Source: Bacteroidales bacterium (GTDB taxonomy: Bacteria > Bacteroidota > Bacteroidia > Bacteroidales > F082). Taken from it: 64,000 bases of DNA. Where the stretch lies: NCBI GenBank assembly GCA_017965765.1, contig JAGCPJ010000074.1, positions 2,272-66,271 on the forward strand, in the 5' to 3' direction. Positions 9,828-18,930 of the stretch are shown piece after piece. A model generated the notes under the pieces. It was not told the origin of the DNA. It ran no database searches and saw only the letters and a list, made by a program, of their open reading frames with translations. How positions within the stretch are numbered: the first letter of the stretch is position 1; every line of letters begins with the position of its first letter. Made by a program: the position numbers and the translations under genes.

Positions 9828-12800
9828 ATGAATAAGCTTTTCAAGCATCTTAAAAAACCCATTCCGTTCATCCTTTGGTCGCTTTTGGTCCTCCTGAGCC
9901 TGATCATTGGTTTTCATTTTTTTTCTTTCTCCAATTTCTCCCACGATCTTTTTGCCAAACGTGTCCAGCGTACCATATACCAAATCGACGATCAATTACA
10001 AAAACGGGAAGTCGATTTCATTCACGCCATCCAGCAGCCTACCACCTCGGAGCCTTTACTTTTGAACGCTTTTGACAACGTTACTTCTGAAGGTCTTGTT
10101 GTCTTTCGAAACGATACCTTGGTCTATTGGAATAGCAACCTTGTTGAACCCCGGGTATTGCGAAAACGTGTCGCCTTGTCTTCCGATACCCTCATCAATG
10201 TCTCTTCAGGGGATTTCTTGGTTTCGTCCGGCGTTTCCGGCCAATATGTTTACTATCTCTTCAGCTTGATCAATACTACCTATCCCATCGAGAATGAGTT
10301 CTTTGTCAACGAATTCCAGCATGTCTTTGGTCGCCATAGAGTGGATTTTCAGCCAGAGGAGAAGTTCAACACCTACCCCATCTACACGAAAGAGGGTCAC
10401 CTCCTCTCCTATCTCTCCATCGATTTTCCTTCGTTTTGGGGTTCTTATAATCTTCCCCTGCTCTTGATCTGCCTGATGTTGATGGTGCTTTGCGCTACCC
10501 TGCTCATCACGCGGGGCCTTGTCGCCAAAACTACGGCTAAAACCTCGACTAAAAAGACGGCTGACCGCTTGCCCAACCACAAGCAATGGCTGCCTATTTG
10601 CGCATATCTTCTGCTGGTCGTTCTGGCGGTACCAGTCTTCCGTTGGCTCTTTTGGTATGGCTTTGAACATGGGTTCATCCTCCCCACCAACATGCGCATG
10701 GGCTTCGCTTGTTTCTACCTCTTCTTGGGTCTTCTGGCCGTGGCCCTCGGCGTCATCTTACTCAACCGCTGGTGGGGACGTCGCCTCTCGTTGGTGGCAA
10801 TGTTGGGACAACTCGTACTTTGGAGTCTGTTGCTGACACTGCTTTACGGGGCAACGTATAAAAACTTTGAGAATCGAAAAATCAGACAGTTGGCTCAGGA
10901 CCTGTCTGAAGAACGGGATCCCGAATTTGAGCGCTCTTATCGACAATTTCTGGTGATGGCCCAGCAGGATACCACTTTCTTCACCACGGTGCTTTCCGAC
11001 GACATCATGGACGAAGTTGCGGAGGATTATATGCGGAATTTCCTCTTCGATTCGGTGATGAACCAATACGACGTGGAACTTACCCTTTGTACCCCTGGTC
11101 AGGAACTCGATGTGCAACCCTACCACGTGGTTGCTGACTGCCAAGAATATTTCATTGAAAAGGTCGATGCCAATAACGGCATCGACCTGGGTGACGGACT
11201 TGCCTTCATGGACTATAACACACTCGATCCAAGCTACCTTTCCATCATCAACGTCGTGGAGACCGACACCATTCCCAACCGTTCCCTGTATTTTGAGTTC
11301 TCCAAGCCGATTGCACCCCAGGGATTCGGCCTTCCCAAGATCTTGCAAAACGTGGCCACCAAGTTGCCTTCGGACTATTCCGTGGCTTGCTATCAAGACA
11401 GCCTTTTGATCTATAAATACGGGTCCTACGTCTATCCCAACTATCTTTCCGACTACCGGCATAACAAGAACGATTTCAGCTATGGAAGGAAACTGAAGCA
11501 CTACAACTACCAAGCCTCCCCGTCCAAAGTCATCGCCATTAGCTTGCACCGCCGTGGATGGATGGAGACTACGGCGCCTTTCGTGGTGTTTTTCCTTGCC
11601 TTGTTGGTGTTGTTCCTGCTCCTCTATTTTGTCGGCGGCTTGAGTTCGGGCAAACCTACCCTGCGGACCCTGAGCTACAAGTTCCAAATCACCCTGCTGA
11701 TTACCCTGGGACTCTCCTTCCTGTTTGTGGGTCCTGTATCAGTGTTTTACCTCAGTAGATTGTACCAGCAGAAGGCCGAAGACTATCACTTTGAACGTAC
11801 CCGGACGCTGTTGCTTGACATTACGGGCGAGGTGGATTTCTCGTTCCTGAAACAACCGGGCTTCAAGAACATGCTCGACGACATCCTCAGGCACTATTCC
11901 GAGACTTTCTTCACGGATATCAACATCTATGGCCTTGATGGGAAAATGCTGGCCACCACCAGTCCGGAGATCTTCGATCTGCACCTGCTCTCCTCGCTGA
12001 TGAACGCAGAAGCCTACCATAGCATGCGTGACGACAAGATGTTGTATTTCCTTCACGATGAGCAATTGGGCAAAGCTGTCTATCAGTCGGCCTACATCGC
12101 CATCCAAGATAACGAGGGCAACACCCTTGCCTACCTTAACACGCCCTATTTTGCCGGCTCTTCAGAGTTGCGCTCCGAAATCCGCAACTATGTGCTGACT
12201 TATGTCAACATCATCCTGCTGATCATCTTCCTTTCCGTCCTCATCGTGCTTTGGATTACCCGTAACGTCACCAAGCCATTGACCACGCTACAAGAGAAAG
12301 TGAAGCAGCTCGATATCACCAAGCGTAACGAACAGCTCGAGTGGAACAGCAAGGATGAGATCGGGGCACTGATCACGGAATACAACAAAAAGGCGGTGGA
12401 ACTTCAAAAGAGCGCCGAGGAGTTGCGTCGCAACGCCATGGAATCCGCTTGGCGCGGTGTTGCCCGACAAGTGGCTCATGAGATCCATAACTCGTTGACC
12501 CCCATGCGACTCAGCGCACAGATGCTGGAACAGGCCGCCGACCGACATTCCGATGACTTGGAGGGCAAAATCAAACGCACCACGGGTACCTTGATCGAAC
12601 AAATCGACGCCTTGTCCGACATCGCCTCGTCCTTCTCCAACTATGCCAAACTACCCGAAAACAATCCACAGCCGCTCAACTTGGCTGAACTGGTCGGCAA
12701 CGTGGTCAACCTCTACAACAACGCCGACAACATCACCTTCGTTTACCGTTACGATCCCTCGAAAGACCATACCTTCAATGGTGACAAGACCCATCTGAAT

Positions 12801-13106
12801 AGCGCCGTAAGCAACCTCATCAAGAACGCCACGCAGGCCATCGGCAACAAGCCGGAGGGTAGGGTAGAGGTTACCTTGGAATCCTTGGACAGCACTTTTG
12901 TCATCCGAGTGAAGGACAACGGTAAAGGCATCAAGGAAGAAGACAAGAAGATGATTTTCTTGCCCAACTTCACTACCAAGTCGGGAGGTTCCGGCGTGGG
13001 TTTGTCGCTGACACACAACATCATCCAAGCTGCCGGAGGCATCATCTCCTTCGAAAGCCAGGAAGGGGAGGGGGCAGAGTTTATCATCGAATTGCCGAAA
13101 AATTGA
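9828..13106 (+). CDS. membrane sensor histidine kinase
   Basis: 1092 aa with multiple TM blocks. H-box VAHEIHNSLTPM, N-box NLIKNATQA, G-boxes VKDNGKGI and GGSGVGLSL. Confidence 0.85.
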   Translation: MNKLFKHLKKPIPFILWSLLVLLSLIIGFHFFSFSNFSHDLFAKRVQRTIYQIDDQLQKREVDFIHAIQQPTTSEPLLLNAFDNVTSEGLVVFRNDTLVYWNSNLVEPRVLRKRVALSSDTLINVSSGDFLVSSGVSGQYVYYLFSLINTTYPIENEFFVNEFQHVFGRHRVDFQPEEKFNTYPIYTKEGHLLSYLSIDFPSFWGSYNLPLLLICLMLMVLCATLLITRGLVAKTTAKTSTKKTADRLPNHKQWLPICAYLLLVVLAVPVFRWLFWYGFEHGFILPTNMRMGFACFYLFLGLLAVALGVILLNRWWGRRLSLVAMLGQLVLWSLLLTLLYGATYKNFENRKIRQLAQDLSEERDPEFERSYRQFLVMAQQDTTFFTTVLSDDIMDEVAEDYMRNFLFDSVMNQYDVELTLCTPGQELDVQPYHVVADCQEYFIEKVDANNGIDLGDGLAFMDYNTLDPSYLSIINVVETDTIPNRSLYFEFSKPIAPQGFGLPKILQNVATKLPSDYSVACYQDSLLIYKYGSYVYPNYLSDYRHNKNDFSYGRKLKHYNYQASPSKVIAISLHRRGWMETTAPFVVFFLALLVLFLLLYFVGGLSSGKPTLRTLSYKFQITLLITLGLSFLFVGPVSVFYLSRLYQQKAEDYHFERTRTLLLDITGEVDFSFLKQPGFKNMLDDILRHYSETFFTDINIYGLDGKMLATTSPEIFDLHLLSSLMNAEAYHSMRDDKMLYFLHDEQLGKAVYQSAYIAIQDNEGNTLAYLNTPYFAGSSELRSEIRNYVLTYVNIILLIIFLSVLIVLWITRNVTKPLTTLQEKVKQLDITKRNEQLEWNSKDEIGALITEYNKKAVELQKSAEELRRNAMESAWRGVARQVAHEIHNSLTPMRLSAQMLEQAADRHSDDLEGKIKRTTGTLIEQIDALSDIASSFSNYAKLPENNPQPLNLAELVGNVVNLYNNADNITFVYRYDPSKDHTFNGDKTHLNSAVSNLIKNATQAIGNKPEGRVEVTLESLDSTFVIRVKDNGKGIKEEDKKMIFLPNFTTKSGGSGVGLSLTHNIIQAAGGIISFESQEGEGAEFIIELPKN

Positions 13107-13126
13107 GGCCGACCCAATATAAATGC

Positions 13127-13134
13127 TAATTTTG
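13127..13134 (+). promoter_or_regulatory. -7 box TAnnTTTG (TAATTTTG)
   Basis: Lies 26 nt upstream of the ATG at 13160. Confidence 0.45.
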
Positions 13135-13159
13135 CGTTTGAAACAACGAATATAAAACA

Positions 13160-14653
13160 ATGGCTGAAAGCAGACTAGGCTCCTTAGCGAAACAAACCGC
13201 CATCTATGGTTTGAGCAGCATCATTGGCAGGTTTTTGAATTACCTGCTGGTGCCCCTTTATACCTACAAAATCGCCGCCGAATCCGGGGGCTATGGCATC
13301 GTTACCAACTTGTATGCCTATACCGCACTGCTCTTGGTCATCCTCACCTTCGGCATGGAAACCACCTTCTTCCGTTTCTCCAACAAAGAAGGTGTCGATC
13401 CCAACAAGGCTTTTTCCACTTCGGGATTGGCGGTGGGACTGGTTGCCTTGGTCTTCGTGGCTTTGGTCAGCCTCTTGCTGCATCCGATTTCCAACGCCCT
13501 GCATTATGCCGAACATCCAGAGTTTGTGGAGATTATGGCCATCATCGTGGCGCTGGATGCCTTCCAAGCCATCCTCTTCGCCCGTCTGCGCTACGAAAAC
13601 AAAGCCATCAAATTTGCCACGCTGAAGCTGCTGTTCATCTTCCTTAATATCGGGATGAACCTGTTTATCTTCCTGGTCGCTCCAGGGCTGAAAGAAAGCC
13701 ATCCCGCACTCATGGGATGGTACGAAAACAGCTATCAGGTCGGTTACATCTTCATCGTCAACCTCATCTGTACGGGCTTGATCACCTTGGGCTTCATCCC
13801 TGAGATCAAAAAGTTGCGCTTTGGCATCGACGGCAAGATGCTGAAAGCGATGCTGAAATACACTTGGCCTTTGCTGCTCTTGGGTCTGGCGGGCATCCTC
13901 AACCAGGTGGCGGACAAGATCTGCTACCGTTTCATTGTTCCCGGGGCAGAAGGCGATGTGCAATTGGGTATCTACGGCGCCTGTGTGAAGATAGCTATGA
14001 TCATGGCGATGATCACCCAGGCTTTCCGTTACGCCTACGAGCCTTTCGTCTTTGGTGGCAAGCGCGATACTGCTGACAAGGAAACCCAGGCCAAGGTGAT
14101 GAAATATTTCATCATCTTCACCCTGTTCGCCTTCCTTGCCGTGGTGATGTACATGCCCATCCTGAAGCACATCATCAAGAACGACTATTGGGAAGGTCTG
14201 CGCGTGGTGCCCATCGTGATGATGGCCGAGATCTTCATGGGCATCTATTTCAACCTCTCGTTCTGGTATAAGCTCATCGACCAGACTTGGTGGGGTGCCG
14301 TTTTTTCCGCCATTGGCTGTATCGTGCTGTTGGCCATCAACTTCATTTTTGTGCCCAAATACGGCTACATGGCTTGTGCCTGGGGCGGTTTCGCGGGCTA
14401 TGGCACCTGCATGGTGTTGTCGTTCCTCGTGGGCCAGAAAAAGGCTCCGATACCCTATAATTTGAAATCCGCTTTCCTCTATTTCGCCATTGCCATTGCC
14501 TTGTTCTTTGCCCAGAAATACATCCACATTGAAAGCACGATTTGGACCTTGGTGATCAACACGATGTTGCTGCTGGTTTTTGTGGCGGTTATTTGCGTGG
14601 TTGAGAAGGACCTGATAAAAGGGGTGATGGGGAAGCTGAGAGCTAAGAGCTGA
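13160..14653 (+). CDS. MOP-superfamily oligosaccharide/polysaccharide flippase (Wzx-like)
   Basis: 497 aa with about 14 TM helices. N-terminus LAKQTAIYGLSSIIGRFLNYLLVPLYT is typical of Wzx-like flippases. The last ~6 codons and the stop lie inside an AGCTRAG heptamer array. Confidence 0.75.
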   Translation: MAESRLGSLAKQTAIYGLSSIIGRFLNYLLVPLYTYKIAAESGGYGIVTNLYAYTALLLVILTFGMETTFFRFSNKEGVDPNKAFSTSGLAVGLVALVFVALVSLLLHPISNALHYAEHPEFVEIMAIIVALDAFQAILFARLRYENKAIKFATLKLLFIFLNIGMNLFIFLVAPGLKESHPALMGWYENSYQVGYIFIVNLICTGLITLGFIPEIKKLRFGIDGKMLKAMLKYTWPLLLLGLAGILNQVADKICYRFIVPGAEGDVQLGIYGACVKIAMIMAMITQAFRYAYEPFVFGGKRDTADKETQAKVMKYFIIFTLFAFLAVVMYMPILKHIIKNDYWEGLRVVPIVMMAEIFMGIYFNLSFWYKLIDQTWWGAVFSAIGCIVLLAINFIFVPKYGYMACAWGGFAGYGTCMVLSFLVGQKKAPIPYNLKSAFLYFAIAIALFFAQKYIHIESTIWTLVINTMLLLVFVAVICVVEKDLIKGVMGKLRAKS

Positions 14654-14663
14654 GAGCTGAAAG
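14634..14663 (+). repeat. heptamer array AGCTGAG/AGCTAAG x4.3
   Basis: agctgag agctaag agctgag agctgaa ag. It spans the flippase stop codon (14651-14653). Confidence 0.9.
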
Positions 14664-14685
14664 TTAAATCTAATTAAACGAATTT

Positions 14686-14715
14686 TTGAATCTTGAAATC
14701 TTTGAATCTTGAAAT
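14686..14715 (+). repeat. 7/8-nt array TTGAATC/TTGAAATC x4
   Basis: ttgaatc ttgaaatc tttgaatc ttgaaat. It ends exactly at the dut ATG (14716). Confidence 0.85.
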
Positions 14716-15153
14716 ATGAAATTAAAAATAGTCAATGAATCGAACAATCCACTGCCAGCGTATGAGACCCAAAACTCGGCTGGAATAGACTTGCGCGCCT
14801 ACCTGCCGGAAGGCCCGGTCACTTTGAACCCGATGCAGCGTTTTCTGGTGCCGACGGGTCTTTACATGGAGATCCCCGAAGGTTACGAGGGACAGGTGCG
14901 ACCCCGCAGCGGCCTGGCCATCAAGAGTGGTATCACCGTGTTGAACACCCCAGGTACCATCGATGCAGACTACCGGGGACAGGTGTGCGTGATTCTGATC
15001 AACCTGTCCAACCAGCCATTCGTGATCAACAGCGGCGACCGCATCGCCCAGCTGATCATCGCCCGTTGTGAACAAGTAGAACCTGTGCAGGTGGACATCT
15101 TGTCGGAAACGGAACGCGGTGCAGGAGGATTTGGACATACGGGAAAGCGATGA
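14716..15153 (+). CDS. dut: dUTP diphosphatase
   Basis: 145 aa with motifs [21 protein letters not shown] and GGFGHTG. Confidence 0.95.
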   Translation: MKLKIVNESNNPLPAYETQNSAGIDLRAYLPEGPVTLNPMQRFLVPTGLYMEIPEGYEGQVRPRSGLAIKSGITVLNTPGTIDADYRGQVCVILINLSNQPFVINSGDRIAQLIIARCEQVEPVQVDILSETERGAGGFGHTGKR

Positions 15154-15197
15154 AACGGAAAACGGAGAACGGAAAACGGAAAACGGAGAACGGAAAA
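15152..15197 (+). repeat. GGARAAC heptamer array, single arm (6.5 units)
   Basis: gaaacgg aaaacgg agaacgg aaaacgg aaaacgg agaacgg aaaa. It fills the whole spacer between the dut stop (TGA 15151-15153) and the next ATG (15197). Confidence 0.95.
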
Positions 15198-16837
15198 TGG
15201 GTAAGAGAACGAGATTATTGGGATTGTTGGTAGTGTTGTTTTTCGCAACAGCCTTGGAGGGATTGGCGCAAGGAGACCTCCGGAAAAACGCCATGTATTT
15301 CTCCAAAGGCATCGAATTGAAATACAAGGACGACGTGGACGGCGCCATCGAGAATTTCGAGAAAGCCCTCCAAAGTATGCCCGACGATGCTGCCAGCATG
15401 TTCGAGTTGAGCGAGCAATATGTCAAGGCGGGTAGGGTAGAGGATGCCTTTGCGAGCATCAAGAAAGCCGTCGAGCTGGACCCCGATAACAAATGGTACC
15501 AGATGCGACTGGCACGCTTCTACCGCAACTTTGAGCAATATGCCGACTTCATCCAAGTGTATGAGTCGCTGACCGCCAAATACCCCGAAGACATCGATAT
15601 GCTCAGCGAACTGATCGAAGTCTATCTGATCGCCGGGGAATACGACTCGGCACTTAACAAACTGGATCTGCTGGAGACCCAAATTGGCCATAACCCGTTG
15701 ATCAGTGAACAACGGCTGGAGATCTACAAACGCCAAGGTAAAACCAAACAGGAGATCGCGGCGCTGCAAGAGATGATCGCCCAAAACCCGGAAAACACCC
15801 GATACTACCATATCCTTGCCAAGGTGTATATGGAAAACAAGAAAGAAAAAGAGGCGGCGAAGCTCTATGAACAGATCAAAAGCATCGACCCCTCCGACCC
15901 CTACATCAATATTTCGCTGTTGGAGTACTACGAAAAGAAAGGCGATTTGGACAAGGCCTTCGAAGAACTGATCGCCGCCATCAAAAACAAGAACTTGGAC
16001 TTCAACACTAAGGCGAACATCTACGAGTATTGGTTCAACAAGTTCCAGACGTCAAAGAATATCGACCAGCAGGCGCTCCAGGCGGGCAACGCCTTTTTGG
16101 AGACCTATCCCGACAACAAGATGGGGTATCTGATCCTAGGCTCCTACTACCTTAACCGCAAGGAATACGAGCCTTGCAGCGACATGGCTAGGCATGCTTT
16201 GACTCTCGACCCGGCCAACTACGCCGCATGGCAGAACCTGGTCTGGTGCGATGTCTCGATGAATGCCACGGACTCCTTGATGGTCCATGCCACGCAAGCT
16301 GTTCAGCTTTATCCCACCCAGCCCTATTTCTACTGGTTCGCCGGTTCCGCCTACGCCATGAAAGAGGAGGACCAAGAGGCAATATCCTATTTCGAACGTG
16401 GCCGTCGTTTCGTCACCGACAAGAGCATGTTGGTGGACTTCGATGGCATGCTCGGCGACCTCTATCACTCCTTGGGTGATGAGGAACAGGCCTTCCTGGC
16501 CTACGACAGGGTGCTGAGCAACGACCCCGACAAGACATTGGTGTTGAACAACTATGCCTATTACCTCGCTTTAGGCAAAAAGGAGCTGGATAAGGCTTTG
16601 GCAATGGCTTCCCATGCCGTGGAACTGGAGCCTGACAACGCCGTCTATCTGGATACCTACGCCTGGGTGCTTTACCAGCGTGGAGAATATGAAGCCGCAG
16701 AAGTCCAAATGAGCAAATCGATCAAGTTGTTGAAACAACCCGATAAGACCTATTACCATCATTATGCCGATATCCTCGAGAAACTGAACAAACAGGATAA
16801 GGCGAATGAATACCGTGACAAGGCAGCAGGGCTATGA
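15197..16837 (+). CDS. tetratricopeptide-repeat (TPR) protein, secreted
   Basis: Start set at MGKRTRLLGLLVVLFFATALEGLAQ (signal peptide). The ORF track start at 15119 would read through the repeat and overlap dut. Multiple TPR units are present (AxxxFxxAxxxxPdn patterns). Confidence 0.8.
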   Translation: MGKRTRLLGLLVVLFFATALEGLAQGDLRKNAMYFSKGIELKYKDDVDGAIENFEKALQSMPDDAASMFELSEQYVKAGRVEDAFASIKKAVELDPDNKWYQMRLARFYRNFEQYADFIQVYESLTAKYPEDIDMLSELIEVYLIAGEYDSALNKLDLLETQIGHNPLISEQRLEIYKRQGKTKQEIAALQEMIAQNPENTRYYHILAKVYMENKKEKEAAKLYEQIKSIDPSDPYINISLLEYYEKKGDLDKAFEELIAAIKNKNLDFNTKANIYEYWFNKFQTSKNIDQQALQAGNAFLETYPDNKMGYLILGSYYLNRKEYEPCSDMARHALTLDPANYAAWQNLVWCDVSMNATDSLMVHATQAVQLYPTQPYFYWFAGSAYAMKEEDQEAISYFERGRRFVTDKSMLVDFDGMLGDLYHSLGDEEQAFLAYDRVLSNDPDKTLVLNNYAYYLALGKKELDKALAMASHAVELEPDNAVYLDTYAWVLYQRGEYEAAEVQMSKSIKLLKQPDKTYYHHYADILEKLNKQDKANEYRDKAAGL

Positions 16838-17400
16838 AACGGAGAACGGAGAACGGAAAACGGAAAGTTGAGAACGGATTATTTTCCGTTCTCCGTTTTC
16901 CGTTTTCCGTTTTCTTGTTGTTGCTCTTGCTGACCGTCGCCTGTACCTCCAAGAAGAAAACCGTCTCGCCGATGGCGCATGCCAAGGACTATACCTGGAT
17001 GAGTGCTAAGGTAAACGGAGAACTGAGCACGGAAAACGGAGAAAATGTCCGTTTCACCGGGTTGCTCCGAATGCATCGCGACAGTACGGTGTGGCTTTCG
17101 GTCTCTGCATTCATGGGGGTGGAAAACGCCCGCATCTTGGTGACCAACGACTCCGTGACGATGCTCAACCGGGTCAACCAGACCTATCTGGCCGAACCCA
17201 TCTCGAGCCTAATGGAAACCCATCAGGTACCCTCTTTGCAAGAACTCCAGTCCCTGCTGCTTGGCAATGGCAGCAGCGACCATCTGGAACTTCACTGGGC
17301 CCCCTATACCGCCAAGATCCAATACGAAGACATCCATTGGGACGAGCCGACCACCTTCCCCATGAAAATCAACAAAAAGTACGAAAGGGTGAAATTATGA
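16834..17400 (+). CDS. DUF4292-like (LolB-fold) lipoprotein
   Basis: 188 aa with lipobox LLLLLTVAC. It holds the conserved position between the TPR gene and the M23 peptidase. Its first ~27 codons are encoded by a heptamer palindrome, and its ATG overlaps the upstream stop (ATGA). Confidence 0.6.
   Translation: MKRRTENGKRKVENGLFSVLRFPFSVFLLLLLLTVACTSKKKTVSPMAHAKDYTWMSAKVNGELSTENGENVRFTGLLRMHRDSTVWLSVSAFMGVENARILVTNDSVTMLNRVNQTYLAEPISSLMETHQVPSLQELQSLLLGNGSSDHLELHWAPYTAKIQYEDIHWDEPTTFPMKINKKYERVKL
16836..16914. repeat. GGARAAC heptamer palindromic element (both arms)
   Basis: The left arm is gaaacgg agaacgg agaacgg aaaacgg aaagttg agaacgg. The loop is attatt. The right arm is ttccgtt ctccgtt ttccgtt ttccgtt ttc. 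Confidence 0.95.
17013..17055 (+). repeat. degenerate GGARAAC-type array inside CDS
   Basis: aaacgg agaactg agcacgg aaaacgg agaaaat gtccgtttc encodes NGELSTENGENVRF. Confidence 0.5.
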
Positions 17401-18653
17401 GACATGGGATTATCATAGGACTATCATTATTCATGGTTTTGCTCTTCGCTCCGGGTGCGTATGCCCAAAAGAGCAAGGAATCGCTGGAAAAGCAGATCAA
17501 GACCCTTCAAAAGGATATCGAGACCGCCAACAAACTGTTGAAGGAAACCTCGAAAAACAAGGAGGTGACCTTGAACCAGGTGTCGTTGATGGACCAGAAG
17601 ATCAAAAAACGCCAGAAGCTCATCAACGCCTGCAACGAGCAGATCAAGGTGCTGGACCAGAACATCAACAAAGGGGAGAGCAACATCAAGAATCTCAATG
17701 GAGAGCTGAAGAAACTACAAGGAGAGTATGCCAAGATGGTGACGTTTGCCCACAAGAACCGGAGCCATTACGACATGCTGGAGTTCTTGTTCGCCTCTGA
17801 AGACTTCAACCAAGCCTACCGTAGAATGCGTTATATCCAGCAGTTTACGGAAGCCAGGAAGACCAAGATGGAACAGATCAGTGGCCTCCGCAAGCAGGTG
17901 ACCGACGAGGTGGAAGCCAACCGGAAAAACCGGGAAGAACAAACGCTGTTGTTGGAGGAAGAGCGCAGCCAGCAGGACGCGTTGATCAAGGAAAAGGCCG
18001 AACTGAACGACCAGGTAGCCAAGTTGAAGAAGCAGGAAGGTAACATCCAACAGAGCATCAAGGACAAGCAGGCACAGGCCAAGAAGTTCCAAAAGGAGAT
18101 CGACAAGATCATTGCGGAGGAAATCCGTAAGGCTAACGAACGCGCCGCAAAAGAAGCAGCCAAAAAGGCCAAGGATGCCAAAGCAGCGGCCAATGCCAAA
18201 CCCGACAAAATGGCGCTCACACCTTCAGAAAAGGTGCTCTCCACGACGTTTACGGCCAACAAGGGTAAGCTGCCTTGGCCTGTGGAGCGGGGGGTCATCT
18301 CCAGTTCCTACGGCAGGCATGCCTCAGCCGTCTCCAGTAAGGTGATGGTGACCAACAATGGCGTTGACATCGCCACCACGGAAAACGCCCGCGCACGTTG
18401 TGTTTTTGAAGGCGTGGTGGTGAGCGTGGTCAGGCCATCGGCCTCGAACATCGGCGTCATCATCCGTCATGGGGACTACTTTACGGTGTATTCGCAACTC
18501 GACGAGGTGTTTGTGAGCCGTGGCGACAAGGTAAAGACGAAGCAGGATATTGGAAAGATTCACACCGACAAAGCCGAGCGAAAGACCGAGCTGCATTTCG
18601 AGCTGCGGCAAGGCACAGAGACGTTGAACCCGGCGGCATGGCTGGCGAGATAA
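17397..18653 (+). CDS. M23 family metallopeptidase with N-terminal coiled coil (EnvC-like murein hydrolase activator)
   Basis: Start set at MRHGIIIGLSLFMVLLFAPGAYAQ (in frame with the track ORF 17091..18653; ATG overlaps the upstream stop). A long coiled coil is followed by a LytM-type C-terminus (GVDIAT..., IIRHGDYFTVYSQL, ELHFELRQG). Confidence 0.85.
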   Translation: MRHGIIIGLSLFMVLLFAPGAYAQKSKESLEKQIKTLQKDIETANKLLKETSKNKEVTLNQVSLMDQKIKKRQKLINACNEQIKVLDQNINKGESNIKNLNGELKKLQGEYAKMVTFAHKNRSHYDMLEFLFASEDFNQAYRRMRYIQQFTEARKTKMEQISGLRKQVTDEVEANRKNREEQTLLLEEERSQQDALIKEKAELNDQVAKLKKQEGNIQQSIKDKQAQAKKFQKEIDKIIAEEIRKANERAAKEAAKKAKDAKAAANAKPDKMALTPSEKVLSTTFTANKGKLPWPVERGVISSSYGRHASAVSSKVMVTNNGVDIATTENARARCVFEGVVVSVVRPSASNIGVIIRHGDYFTVYSQLDEVFVSRGDKVKTKQDIGKIHTDKAERKTELHFELRQGTETLNPAAWLAR

Positions 18654-18656
18654 AAA

Positions 18657-18673
18657 ATGCGGAATGCGGAATT
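18657..18673 (+). repeat. heptamer array ATGCGGA x2.4
   Basis: atgcgga atgcgga att. It begins 4 nt after the M23 stop codon. Confidence 0.7.
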
Positions 18674-18691
18674 AAATAGAGGCAACAACCA

Positions 18692-18823
18692 ATGAAATGG
18701 AAATTTATCATATTGGGTTTGATCACGGTAGTTATGATGCTATTGATGGCTGGATGCCGAACGGAACGTTTTGGGCAACGCAAGGCACCGCGCAACTGCC
18801 ATTCCTGTACCAAGTGGGGTTAA
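18692..18823 (+). CDS. small predicted lipoprotein (43 aa), absent from the ORF track
   Basis: The translation is MKWKFIILGLITVVMMLLMAGCRTERFGQRKAPRNCHSCTKWG. It has a classic n-h-c signal with lipobox LMAGC and a Cys-rich basic tail. It is intergenic and on the same strand as its neighbours. Confidence 0.4.
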   Translation: MKWKFIILGLITVVMMLLMAGCRTERFGQRKAPRNCHSCTKWG

Positions 18824-18857
18824 TTAACTATTTTTTGCCTTTCTCCTTAAATAGTTG

Positions 18858-18865
18858 TACCTTTG
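18858..18865 (+). promoter_or_regulatory. -7 box TAnnTTTG (TACCTTTG)
   Basis: tacctttgcac lies 66 nt upstream of the ATG at 18931. Confidence 0.45.
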
Positions 18866-18930
18866 CACCCGCTTTAGACATGGAAATCTAACTTAAATCA
18901 TTATAAACCAATTCATTAACAAAAACCCAA

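Noticed and set aside
13184-14527. Long antisense ORFs inside well-supported genes. Examples: 13184-14527(-), 10758-11687(-), 22324-23046(-), 25940-27001(-), 27937-29163(-), 31604-32644(-), 35971-37119(+), 42933-43922(-), 53746-54759(+), 56645-57727(-), 57782-58705(-), 59016-59828(-).
   Set aside because: Each is fully shadowed by an opposite-strand gene with clear family motifs. Their translations are low-complexity (H/G/V/D/E-rich) with no recognisable motifs or signal features, which is typical of stop-poor antisense frames.
17091-17396. N-terminal extensions offered by the ORF track (17091 for the M23 peptidase, 15119 for the TPR protein, 56936 for truB, 35998 for MBOAT-1, 3003 and 2327 for the two small minus-strand genes)
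   Set aside because: The extensions overlap upstream genes or read through repeats. In each case an internal Met is followed by a proper signal peptide or a paralog-conserved N-terminus.
18697-18891. 64-aa track ORF MEIYHIGFDHG...
   Set aside because: It has no signal, motif or plausible start context. It overlaps the better-supported 43-codon lipoprotein frame and the downstream promoter box.
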